The notes beneath the pieces were generated by a model. It did not search any database. It was not told where the DNA came from and saw nothing but the letters and a program-made list of their open reading frames with translations. The position numbers and the translations under genes were made by a program. From Octopus sinensis (lineage: Eukaryota): a DNA stretch of 64,000 bases. Positions 24,204 through 36,428 of this stretch are shown here, in pieces. Position 1 is the stretch's first letter, and each line of letters starts with the position of its first letter. The stretch lies in assembly GCF_006345805.1 (NCBI RefSeq), contig NC_043001.1:15810001-15874000 (forward strand), read 5' to 3'.

Positions 24204-25261
24204 GGATCTTTTCGGTTTGAACGGCAGTTTTTAACATAATTTCTAGGTGACTAAAAAATTTTAAACTTCGTATACTGGTAGAATGTGCTTATAAAACATA
24301 TTTTTCTCTTGGCTTTTTTTGAGAAAATTCTGTAGTTTGTAACATATTTCGTCTTTAATTTCTTGCATTTCGGCAATTTTAACCAATCAATGACCGTCTA
24401 TTGAGGTAAAAAACATTCTGTGCCGTATGAATATGTCCCTCGTTTAAGAAACAGATTGGGTTTATTTACATTTCTGAAGAAAAAAAGTTACCTTTCCCCC
24501 ACCCCAAACCAACCCTAACCCTAAAACTGATTGAAATGCAATAGATGGATCTTCTAGGTAGCTAAAAAATTTTAATCTTCGTATTCTGGTAGAATGTGTT
24601 TATAAAACAACGTTTTCCCTTGGCTTTTTTGAGAAAATTCTGTAGTTTGTAACATATTTCGTCTTTTATTTCTTGCATTTCGGCAATTTTAACCAATCAA
24701 TGACCGTCTATTGAGGTAAAAAAACATTCTGTGCCGTATGAATATGTCCCTCGTTTAAGAAACAGATTGTGTTTATTTACATTTGTGAAGAAAAAAAGAT
24801 ACCCTTCCCCCACCCCTAACCCTAACCCTAAAACAGATTGAAATGCAATAGATGGATCTTCTAGGTAACTAAACACTTTTAAACTTCGTATTCTGGTAGA
24901 ATGTGCTTATAAAACATATTTTTCTCTTGGCTTTTTTTGAGAAAATTCTGTAGTTTGTAACATATTTCGTCTTTGATTTCTTGCGTTTCGGCAATTTTAA
25001 ACAATCAATGACCGTCTATTGAGGTAAAAAACATTCTGTGCCGTATGAATATGTCCCTCGTTTAAGAAACAGATTGTGTTTATTTACATTTGTGAAGAAA
25101 AAAATATACCCATCCCCCACCCCTAACCCTAACCCTAACCCTAACTAACCCTAAATCTAAAACAGATTGAAATGCAATAGATCGATACTAGGGTCATAAT
25201 TATGGGTGACAATTTCATATGACACCGCTAGAAAAAACTGCCGTTCAAACCGAAAAGGACC
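24204..25261. mobile_element. MITE family M with internal ~308-bp triplication and (CCCTAA)n tracts
   Basis: TIRs at both ends. TSD caaatttc at 24196-24203 and 25262-25269. Three internal units start at about 24241, 24552 and 24859. Confidence 0.9.
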
Positions 25262-27329
25262 CAAATTTCTCAGTTTTAATTTGGATATAAGCTCGCTACA
25301 AGAGTGCATTGTGATAAATAATTATATTAATTGCTCCAAACATAATTAAGGCTGTAATTACTTGATGCGTTTTGTTCGAATGACACCGGCCATGCTGTAT
25401 GGTTGTTGTACAAATTTCGCCATTTTGCTCTTCACACGTTATTTCTGGGATCGGTGATAATTGGGGGGGGGGGGGAACTATTATCACACACACACACACA
25501 CATACACAACACACACACACACACACACACTTACACTCACACACTCACACTCACACACACAATTATATACACTCACATACACATACACACATGCTTAAAT
25601 AGTCACACGCATACACACACATACACTCACACCCACTTACATGCACACACACATACATGCACACACACACACACACACTTATATACACTCATATATACAT
25701 ACACAAGCTTAAATAGTCACACGCACACACACACACACCATATGTCATAGACTATTTGTGAAGCCCAGACTTCGAAGTCACTCTCAACTATTTTCCAGTT
25801 AAAATTATCTGTGTATATATGTTCTGTGTGCGTGTGTGTGTCTGTATATATATATAATATATATACATACACACAGATATATGTATATATATATATGTAT
25901 GTATATAGACGCACACATACATACACACATGTATAAAATATACACATACATACACACTCACTCACTCACACACACATACATATGTACACATACCCGTGCA
26001 ATTATATATATATATATACAGGCAATTATATATACATATATACACATACATGCAATTATATATATATATATATATATATATACACTTATATAAGTGTATG
26101 TGCATTTGTGTGTGTATACATATGTATACATATAAACATATACACATGCACACACATACATATACTCATACAAACACACACACGCACGCACGCACACACA
26201 CGAACACACACACACACACACACGCACGCACACACATATGTGACTAACACAGCCAGAGTCGAGTGTCAAGTTTGTCGTAATTGGAGACAGCGACCCAGTT
26301 TTGTCGGCCGATAGCAGATACATGCTTGAGGACAATTTCGCTTTAAAGCCCTTACTCCCTCACATCATCCCACAACGCTAATACCCCGGGATTATATGCA
26401 TAAACGCCATAAGAGGCCCCCAATAATCCTTCACCCACCAACACCTACTGCATACATATATGCATACACATAGTATATATATATATATAATATATATATA
26501 TGTGTGTGGGTGTGTGTGTGTGTGGTGTATATATAAGTATATATATGTATTCATTTATACATACACACGAACAGACATATATATATATACATATATTATA
26601 TATATATACATATATATATCTATGCTTTTATACCTATATGTATACACACACACACATATATTATATATATGCATGTGTATATACCTATATGAATGTGTAT
26701 ATATATGTATGTATATATATAGATATTATATATATATATTATATATATATATATATATACATAAACATTATATATATATATACATACATATATATATGTA
26801 TAGATATATGATATATATATCTATACATATAAGATATAGATGTACATATGTATATATGTGTATACACACACACACACGCACACACACACATGTATACATA
26901 CATTATATGTCACACACACACACACACACACATACATACAAACACACACAATACATGTTCGTTTTTGGAGAAAGCTAAACAGAGGGGAAACTGTGAGTGC
27001 ATCGCTCGATGATTTATAGTAGAAGCGATTCATTGAAGCCGTTCATTCATTCTGTTCTTCCATTCATACAATTTATTCAATGGCAGCTAAGACTTTTCCA
27101 TTTTACGTCAGTTACTATTTGGTTATGTCGCAACGGTTATGGTTACGTTCTCGAAGTTGACTCGAAGAAGGAATACAGAAAGAAAAAAGAGGGGGCAAAG
27201 AAAAGGGTGGGTACAGGGTGGGTTTGACGGTGGGGTTTTGAGGGAATTCGATGTGGCTTTTGGAGTGAAGACCCTTAGCTCTGAATATGTAATGCGATGT
27301 GATGATGTTTGTGCGTATTATTGTGTATG

Positions 27330-27890
27330 TATGTATTATGTGTGTATGTATGTATGTATGTATGTATGTATGTATGTGTGTGTGTGTGGGTGTATGTGTG
27401 TGTGTGTGGGTGTATGTATGTATGTATGTATGTATATGTGTATGTATGCATGTATGTATGTACGTATGTATGTGTGTGTGTATGTATGTATGTATGTATG
27501 TATGTACGTACGTAGTATGTACGTATGTATGTATGTATGTATGTATGTATGTATGTATGTACGTATGTATGAATGTATGTATGTATGTATGTGTGTATGT
27601 ATGCATGTATATGTGTTATGGTATGTATGTATGTATGTATGTATGTGTGTATGTATGTATGTATGTGTGTCTATGTATGTATGTATTGTATGTATGTATG
27701 TATGTATGTATGTATGTATGTACGTATGTATGTATGTATGTATGTATGTATGTATGTATGTATGTATGTGTGTTTGTATGTATGTATGTATGTATGTATG
27801 TATGTATGTATGTGTGTATGTATGTATGTATGTATGTGTGTCTATGTATGTATGTATTGTATGCATGCATTTGTATGTATGTAAATATGT
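27330..27890. repeat. Long imperfect (TATG)n microsatellite
   Basis: Direct reading of the sequence. Confidence 0.95.
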
Positions 27891-28039
27891 ATGCTTGTAC
27901 ATATATATACATACATATATGTATATGTATCTATGTGTTTACACACACATAAAAATACATTTTTCTATCATGTTTATACATGTGTGCGTGTGTATATATA
28001 CATATATGTTTATATATATATGTACGCTGCACAACCACT

Positions 28040-28072
<33 letters not shown>

Positions 28073-28596
28073 GAGAGAGATAAATATATATCCAGTATGT
28101 ATACATATGTGTGGTGTGTGTGTGGTATATATATACACACACACAAACATAATATGTCTATAGTACATGGTGTATATGTAGATGGAGTGTGTAGTGTAGC
28201 TATCCACGTGGTGTGGGAGGAGAGGTGGAGCGGTGAGAACCTGATTGCTATCTTTCAAAACCCTTTTCTATGTCGTTCTGAGTTCTGCATTTATTTTTCC
28301 TTCATAATTTAATTTTAATCCATGCATACTCAGACACACACACGTGTGCGTATGTGTGTAGGCATTGTATGTATGTATGTATGTATGTATGTATGTATGT
28401 ATGTATGTATGTATGTATGTATGTATGTATGTATGTATGTATGTATGTATGTTGTATGTATGTGTGTATATATGTATATACATATATACACATACATGTT
28501 TGAATATATACGTATATCTATACGTACACACACACATACATATACATTAATAAACATACCATACATACATATCTTATATATATATATATATATATA

Positions 28597-28643
<47 letters not shown>

Positions 28644-28855
28644 CGCATGCATATATGTACATACATTAATTTACAAGTATGTATATATATATATATGCAC
28701 ATATGTAAACACAGTTATGTACATGAATATAATATATATATATACACCTATATATGTATGCGTATATATATACATACGTACATACATATATATGTATATA
28801 TACATACACAAACATATATACATACATATATATATATACAAACATACATACATAC

Positions 28856-28896
<41 letters not shown>

Positions 28897-29142
28897 GCAT
28901 GCATATATGTACATACATTAATTTACAAGTATGTATATATATATATATATGCACTCTGTAAACACAGTTATGTACATATATGTATAGGTATGTGTATGTT
29001 TACACCCATACACACACATACGTACGTACATATCTATTATACAGTCACACACCGACTGATGTCACACATTAACATGAATACATATATACACATTTGTATG
29101 TATGCATGTATGTATGTGTGTATGATTGTATTTATGTATGCG

Positions 29143-29184
<42 letters not shown>

Positions 29185-29548
29185 GTCCCGTCCCCGTATA
29201 TCGAGGGGTGGTTGGTGAGGAACAGTGTATACATGTCATGTGTGGGAGTGAGATAGCGCAAGTGAGAGATATGGTGGAGTAAAGATCATCTTATCTCTGC
29301 GAAGTCAGAATGTTATGTTAGTATCGCGGGGACTGGAGAGGTAGGTTACAAGGGAGGTCAGTCTGTATAAAATTCGGAGAGTAACATTTAGCATACGCCA
29401 TCACTTCTCCTCACGCTCTCACTCACTCACTCCCTCTCTCTTTCTGTCTCTGTCTCTCTCTATCTATATGTCTATCGGTCTATCTCTTTACCAAAGTGAC
29501 TTCTTTCCGTTCTCTCTTTCTCTCTCTGTCTATTTATCTGTCTGTCTA

Positions 29549-29607
<59 letters not shown>

Positions 29608-29847
29608 GTCTGTCTATCTATCTTTCTATCTATCTGTCTGTCTACATATCTCTCTCTCTCTCTCTCTTACACACACACACGTGCGCCCATGCACCCATAT
29701 ATACACATACACACGCACTCACACACGTGTTTATAGAAGGTGCTCCAGCTTGACCTTATTTGTGATCTAAAGAACATTCACATAAACAAAAACGCTTGCA
29801 CACATATATCCACGTATGCGCGCATGTGTATACATTCATATACATAC

Positions 29848-29859
<12 letters not shown>

Positions 29860-29936
<77 letters not shown>

Positions 29937-29943
29937 TATATAC

Positions 29944-30014
<71 letters not shown>
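29860..30014. repeat. ~155-bp (TA)n tract
   Basis: Direct reading of the sequence. Confidence 0.95.
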
Positions 30015-30019
<5 letters not shown>

Positions 30020-30604
30020 ATATATCATATATAACATTTATACACACACACACATATATATCTATTATATAACAGATATAGATATGTGTGTGTCTACGTT
30101 TACCGTGACCTTTGTCCATCTGGCTGTCTGTCTGTCTATCTGTCTATCTGTCTTTCTCTGTGTCTCCCTCTCTGTCCCTCTCATATTTCACATAACGCCC
30201 CTCCACCCTCTACACTCTCCCACCAATGCGCCGCTCCAATTCGTCTTCATTCCCACAACTTTCCCGCCACCCTCATTTCACTGTGTCCCTCCCCCTTCTC
30301 TCTCTCTCCCCCACCCCTCACCACAAAACTTAATGCCTCCCACTCACGTCACGTGTCACCACCCACCCCGCTGTCTTTGTTTCAGCTTCGTTGTTGATCC
30401 CTCGCCATCACAACAGAAGACAACCGCTCATTCAAAACATTTTTCTGTCGTAAATCAACGATGGCAGACCGCGCGTGGTACCTCGAAATAGCAGCCAAAT
30501 TTTACTTAGATCCCATTTCACTGTTCTAAAAATGGGATGACAGCCAATCACAAGATGTAATCATCTGATGCATGCTCCATCCAACAAAATGATAACAATT
30601 TCAA

Positions 30605-30983
30605 AATTTGGCACAAGGCCAGCAACTTTTTTTACGTCGATTACATCGATCTCCAATACTCAATTGGTACTTAACTTATAGACCCCGAAAGGATGAAAGG
30701 CAAAGTCAACCTCGGCGGAATTTGAACTCAGAACGTAAAGGCGGAGAAAATACCTATTTCTTTACTACCCACAAGGGGCTAAGTACAGAGAGGACAACAA
30801 GGACAGACAAACGGATTAAGTCGATTATATCGACCCCAGTGCGTAACTGGTTCTTAATTTATTGACCCCGAAAGGATGAAAGGCAAAGTCGACCTCGCGG
30901 AATTTGAAATCAGAACGTAGCGGCAGACGAAATACGGCTACGCATTTCGCCTGGCGTGCTAACGATTCTGCCAGCTCACTGCC

Positions 30984-30985
<2 letters not shown>
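30605..30985 (-). mobile_element. tRNA-derived SINE family C (duplicated core)
   Basis: Minus-strand head gagctggcagaatcgttagc...tcaaattc. Core gccgaggtcgactttgcctttcatcctttcggggtc resembles the Meta-type SINE domain. Other copies at 23790, 37210, 37445, 43710, 46695, 46915, 55530 and 55697. Confidence 0.8.
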
Positions 30986-31042
<57 letters not shown>

Positions 31043-31046
<4 letters not shown>

Positions 31047-31210
31047 GCCCTGACGTAGTACCAGGCAGTGGCTCTCATGGCTTCTGATCTTAACTGATTG
31101 GAAGTGTTATCATGTACATTGTTTTGTCTTGGGATAAAAGATGGGCTACAGCAAATATTCTGCTCAATACCACAGATTTGCTTGTCAGTTGTTTGACCGT
31201 AACCAGTTGA
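31043..31210 (+). mobile_element. Family F element, 5' part, following (TAA)n
   Basis: aaatgccctga...accaggcagtggctctc...gcaaatattctgctc; homologous to 32644-33245 and 33249-33775. Confidence 0.7.
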
Positions 31211-31845
31211 GGGTCAACCTCAGGAATGAGCAAGTGTCTCCGTTGTGCCGTATCTGCAATAGAGTGGATGAAACCATTACCTACATCATGAACAAATGTC
31301 CTAGACTAGTCCAAAACCACTACAAATTGTGGCGACACGATCAGTTTGCGAAAGTGAAAGTGCTACATGGGGAAACTGTGCGAAAAGTGGGGGGGCTAGA
31401 GAGATAGGCAAGACGTGGTATGAGCACAACTACAGAGAGTGACGGATTTGGAGACTAAGCAGAATCCTCTGGGATTTCCCAATCCGAACAGATCAGGTGC
31501 TAGAGCATAACGGACCGGACCTAGTGGTGGTGGACAAGGTGCGCCACATATTCTATATCGCTGATGTTGCGTACCTCTTTGATGCACGAATAGTCAAGAA
31601 GGAAGGCGAAAAGATAAATAGATACAACCCTCTTAAGTACGAAATTGCTCGGTTATGGAAAATGAAGAAGGTGAAGACGGTACCAGTAATTGCTGGGTCC
31701 TTGGGAAGAGTATCGGAAGGCATCAAGAGGAATACAAAGGAAATTGGAATAGAGTGTTGAAGCATGACCAGTAGACAAGTGCCACCTTAGTCTGCTGGCT
31801 GTGGACAACTGACACTTTCCGTCATACCCAGCAAAGTGAGTTTTC

Positions 31846-31890
<45 letters not shown>
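31211..31890 (+). pseudogene. 3' fragment of an RLE-endonuclease non-LTR retrotransposon (R4/Dong-like) with (TAA)n tail
   Basis: Zinc-knuckle remnant CRIC...ETITYIMNKC, then RHD, WDFPIRTD, HNGPDLVVVD, IADVA, EKINRY and VPVIAGSLG (PD-(D/E)xK nuclease). Frameshifts and stops present. Confidence 0.85.
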
Positions 31891-31892
<2 letters not shown>

Positions 31893-31893
31893 T

Positions 31894-32644
31894 AACACGA
31901 GCATTCAGAGAGCGAAAACCTCCACCAAGGCAACACCAACTTCCTCTCACGGATCAACCAGAGATGATTTTTAAAATGAGAATATCTGACATAAACTCCA
32001 CTGCTCTCACAAACGAGAATACTAAAAATGAACCTGAATTCTCTCAAAATTAAGTAAAAAACGAAAAATAATCCAGAATCCTTGTCTGGTACCAGATCGA
32101 TCCCAAAATCTAATCAGTTCGGGCCAGTAATACTCTTACTCTTTACTCTTTTACTCGTTTCAGTCATTTGACTGCGGCCATGCTGGAGCACCGCCTTTAG
32201 TCGAGCAAATCGACCCCGGGAATTATTCTTTGTAAGCCCAGTACTTATTCTATCGGTCTCTTTTGCCGAACCGCTAAGTGACGGGGACGTAAACACACCA
32301 GCATCGGTTGTCAAGCAATGCTAGGGGGACAAACACAGAAACACAAACACACACACACATACATATATATATATACATATATACGACAGGCTTCTTTTCA
32401 GTTTCCGTCTACCAAATCCACTCACAAGGCATTGGTCGGTCCGGGGCTATAGCAGAAGACACTTGCCCAAGATGCCACGCAGTGGGACTGAACCCGGAAC
32501 CATTTGGTTGGTTAGCAAGCTACTTACCACACAGCCACTCCAGTCCAATCATCGCTGAAATCCATCCAGCGGTTGAACAAACAAACAAACAAACAAACAA
32601 TGATTGAAAACAATACCTCCGTCTTCGCTAAGACGGAGGTATTA
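31894..32644 (-). mobile_element. Helentron-associated (DINE-1/HINE-like) element with nested SINE A
   Basis: Minus strand: 5' acctccgtcttagcgaagacggaggt inverted repeat, (TTTG)n tract, 3' subterminal ggtggaggt, then stem-loop cgctctctgaatgc. Confidence 0.7.
32133..32540 (-). mobile_element. Near full-length SINE family A
   Basis: Matches 44295-44704. Confidence 0.9.
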
Positions 32645-33775
32645 AATGCCCTGATGCAATACCAGGATATCCTGGTGCAGTACCAGGTAGTAGCTCTCAC
32701 GGCCTCTAATTGGAAATATTATCGTGTGCATGTTTTGGTTTGGTGTAAATCATGCGCCACAGCAAATATTCTGCTCAGTACCACAGATTTGCTTGTCAGT
32801 TGTTTGACCTTAACCATTTGAGCATGTCCCTTAGTGGCTGACGATATGTGCACCTCTGATCAAGAGCAGAAGTAGTGGGGGAGCATCATAGTCATGTGTT
32901 GAGAGGGATTTCTTTGGGGTTTGAATAATTCACCTCTGGAGACATGGGTGTTTCGTTCAACATCCTTAAACAACCTATATTCAAGGACATTTTAAGCAGT
33001 ATAGACTACTCGACCTGAAGAGAATTCTAACTAGGCCCCATTTGCAAGGTCATGCGCTGTTTATCTTGATAAACATGCGCTGTCTATCTTGATATGAGAT
33101 CACCATGTTGCGCACATATTGTTGTGATGCATGTGTTTGGTGTACCCTTATCAGACGGGTAGTCCTGATGGTTATATTTGGCTTCATATATTTGTAACCC
33201 AGTATCGCTTCGAGTGCATGCGCTGCTCTCTCACGCAATAATAATAATAAATGCCCTGATGCAATACCAGGACATCCAGTTGCAATACTAAAATATTCTG
33301 ATGTAATACCAGGCAGTGGCTCTCATGACTTCTGATCTTAACTGATCGGAAGTGTTATGATATACATATTTTGTCTTGGTATAAAAGATGGGCAACAGCA
33401 AACATTCTGCTCAATACCACAGATTTGCTTGTCAGTTGATTGACCTTAATTCAAACTTTGGGGTTTGAATAATTCATCTCTGGAAGCATGTGTGTTTCGT
33501 TCATCGACCTTAAGCAAGTCTTATTCGGGGACCTTTTGAGCAGGATGGGCTACTCAACCTGAGGAAAATTCTAACTGGTCCCCACCTGCAACCTCATGTA
33601 CGGTTTATCTTGATATGAAATCACTATGTCACACACATATGGTTGTGATGCATGTACCTGTGTATGTACCCTTATCAGACGGGTAGTCATGGTGCATATA
33701 TTGGGCTTCGTATATTTGTACCCCAGTGTCACTTTGATGGTGCATACCGCTCGCTCACTCAATAGTGATAATAAC
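32644..33775 (+). mobile_element. Two tandem family F elements separated by (TAA)n
   Basis: 32644-33245 and 33249-33775 share start, middle (cccttatcagacgggtagtc) and end (cccagt...ctcactcaata). Confidence 0.75.
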
Positions 33776-34033
33776 AATGATGACTTATTTATTGGTCTAA
33801 AGACCCCAAGACATGGGGTACAATATCGAAGGACAGGTTACAGCACACAAAACAAGGCGAGTGTTTTCTACTATAGTTTTATTAGTGGATTTGGCTGACG
33901 GAAACTGAAAGAAGCCCGTCGTGTCGTTCTATATGTTACTTGTCCTGTTTTCCATCTGTTTCTTTCGTTGTTTGCGTATTCAACTTATTTGTTTTCGTAT
34001 TTCATGTTGTTTACTGTTGGTGACGTCCTGTAC

Positions 34034-34088
<55 letters not shown>

Positions 34089-34268
34089 CACACACACACA
34101 CACACGACGTGGCTGTGTGATAAGAAACTTGCTTCCAACTACATGGTTCCGGGTTCAGTCCTGCTGCGTGACTCCTTGGCCAAGTGTATTCTGCTTATAG
34201 CCTCGAGCCGACCAAAACCTTGTGAGTTGCTTTGGTGGATTGATAGTTAGAAACTGGAAGAAGCCTTC

Positions 34269-34332
<64 letters not shown>

Positions 34333-34334
34333 AT

Positions 34335-34600
34335 ATTAGAAGGTTTGGAGATGGTGTACAGGTATTATATTAGAAGAAATGAGGTACTCAGAAATTCGGA
34401 TGGTTTTATATTTACAGATATTTATTTGTATGTTACATGTTTTTATACATCATATATCATATATTAGCGCTTTCGTCCATTGTAGTGGAGTCTTCAATTT
34501 GAGCTAAGTTTTTGCAAGAATTTTGACTTTTTTTATAGTATTATTGAGTGTGTAGTGGTGGGGAGAGTTATATGCTAGTACAAGAGGGTGATGAATGGGG
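34335..34600 (-). mobile_element. Penelope-like terminal fragment next to (TA)n with hammerhead-like motif at 34461-34500
   Basis: Minus strand reads ttgaaga-c-tcca-ctacaa-tgga-c-GAAA-gcgc-TA, with palindromic stem III agcgct. Confidence 0.5.
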
Positions 34601-35074
34601 AGAAAGTGAGAGAGCATGTGTGTGTGTGTGTGTGTGTGTGTACGTGAATGTAGTTTATGCACGTCACAAATTAGAACGCATATCGCTCCAATTTTAGGAG
34701 GACATTCGTCATCATCCTACCTGTGTTTTGTCAACTTATTTTTCCCGAGGCACCCGCGGATAGCGGTAAAAATCCATTTTCAACCATATCTTTTATCAGC
34801 TTTGAAGGTTACAAACATGAGTTAAGTCCCTTCTTGCTATAGCCAAGTGAAAGTGTGTGTGTGTGTGTGAGGGAGAGAGAGAGATGTTGTGTGTTGATGT
34901 ATGTGTGTGTGTGAGGAAGTGAGTCGTCGTTGTCATCGTTGTCGTTGTCATCATCGTCGCCACAGTCATCATCATCATGAAAAGTACCAGCACCGAATTA
35001 ATCTACCACCCGGTTAAGCTCCACCATCAGACACCCCGAGTACCTTTAAACGGTGTCTTTTGCAAGCATTCGTT

Positions 35075-35460
35075 GTCATCACCATCGTCATCGTCATCAT
35101 CATTGCCATTACCCACCACTGTTATAACTGCCAGTCTCCACCACCACTACCACCACCACCACCACCATCACGACTACCACCACCACCACCACCACCACAT
35201 TCGCCACTACTACCACTACCACCAGTACTACCAACAGCAGCAGCGCCACTATTACCAGTACCACCACCACCACCACAACAAGCACCTCATCACCACCAAC
35301 ACCAGCATCAGCGCCACCACCACCATCACCAGAACCACTACTACATTCAACACCACCACTACTACCACCCGAAACACCACCTCCATCCTCCCCCACCACC
35401 TTCTGTACCACCGCCGTCACCACCTTTTTACAGCAGTTGCCACCACCAGCCTCCACGTCA
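35075..35460. repeat. Imperfect (CAC/CAT)n low-complexity tract
   Basis: Direct reading. Produces poly-His/Pro/Thr pseudo-ORFs. Confidence 0.9.
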
Positions 35461-36342
35461 CTTCGCCACCCGTCCTTTGTCTTTTGTCTTCACGCTACTC
35501 ACATGTACCCTTTACTCACCCGTTTTGTTTAACGACGAACTTTTAAGGCCGGGAAGAAGACTTTTAATCAACGTCGTTGATGAGGCGAAAGTGGGTGAAT
35601 GTCGGGTGGGTGGTGGGAAGGGTGGATGAGGTGTGGGTGGGAGGTTTGGTGGTCGGGTAGTGATAGAGGGGGTTGGTGGCGGGTACAGATGTCGTGAACT
35701 AGAAGAGAACTAATTATTTTAACATGATTGTGTGTGTGTGTATGTGTATGTGTGTCGCTATCTGCATGTGAAAAGTAAATGTAGTAGCAGCAGCAGTAGT
35801 AGTAGTAGTAGTATTAGCAGTAGTGGTGGTGGTGGTAGTAGTAGTAGTAGATGAGGAAGATGAAGAAAGGGGTGGGTGGTTCAGGGGAAGGGAGCTGGTC
35901 CTTAATAGATACCCCTTTGTTTTGTTTGTTGGTTTCTCTACATTTTGCTTGATAGTGTAAACATTTCTTCTTCAACCCCCACCCCACCCCACCCCCACTC
36001 CACCCCCACTCCACCCCTACTCCACCCCACCCCACTCCACCCCTTTCTTGTCTTCTGTCTTCTCCTGAATCTTCTGCTCTTTCGTCTTCTCAATGATTCT
36101 ATTTCCTTTTTCCCTATTTTTTTTTCTTCTCTTTCTCTTTCTCTTCTATTTCGTTTCTTGTTCTTCTTCTTGGTCTCTGGACAACCTTTATCTGTCCCCT
36201 ACACGTTATTCTTTTGATATAAACCTGCCTGAAAATCGCCCCTGGTTCTATGATACAAACTTTCTCTTTTTTTTTTTTTAAAGAGATCTCTACACGAATC
36301 CCTTTCAACAGAGTTTACGAACCAAACCCTCAATTCAAAACG

Positions 36343-36428
36343 AATTGATAATTATAAATTGATAATTATAAATTGATAATTATAAATTGATAATTATAAA
36401 TTGATAATTATAAATTGATAATTATAAA
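36343..36428. repeat. 14-bp minisatellite (aattgataattata) x6
   Basis: Six perfect copies. Confidence 0.95.

Noticed and set aside
25120-25155. True telomere or fusion site
   Set aside because: Only about 5 CCCTAA units, and they are an internal part of the MITE family.
27139-28083. 314-aa ORF
   Set aside because: Open only because (TATG)n lacks stops; no domain.
34977-35629. Poly-His and poly-Pro ORFs resembling transcription factor or formin low-complexity regions
   Set aside because: Imperfect CAC repeat open in several frames, with no adjoining domain or convincing exon boundaries.
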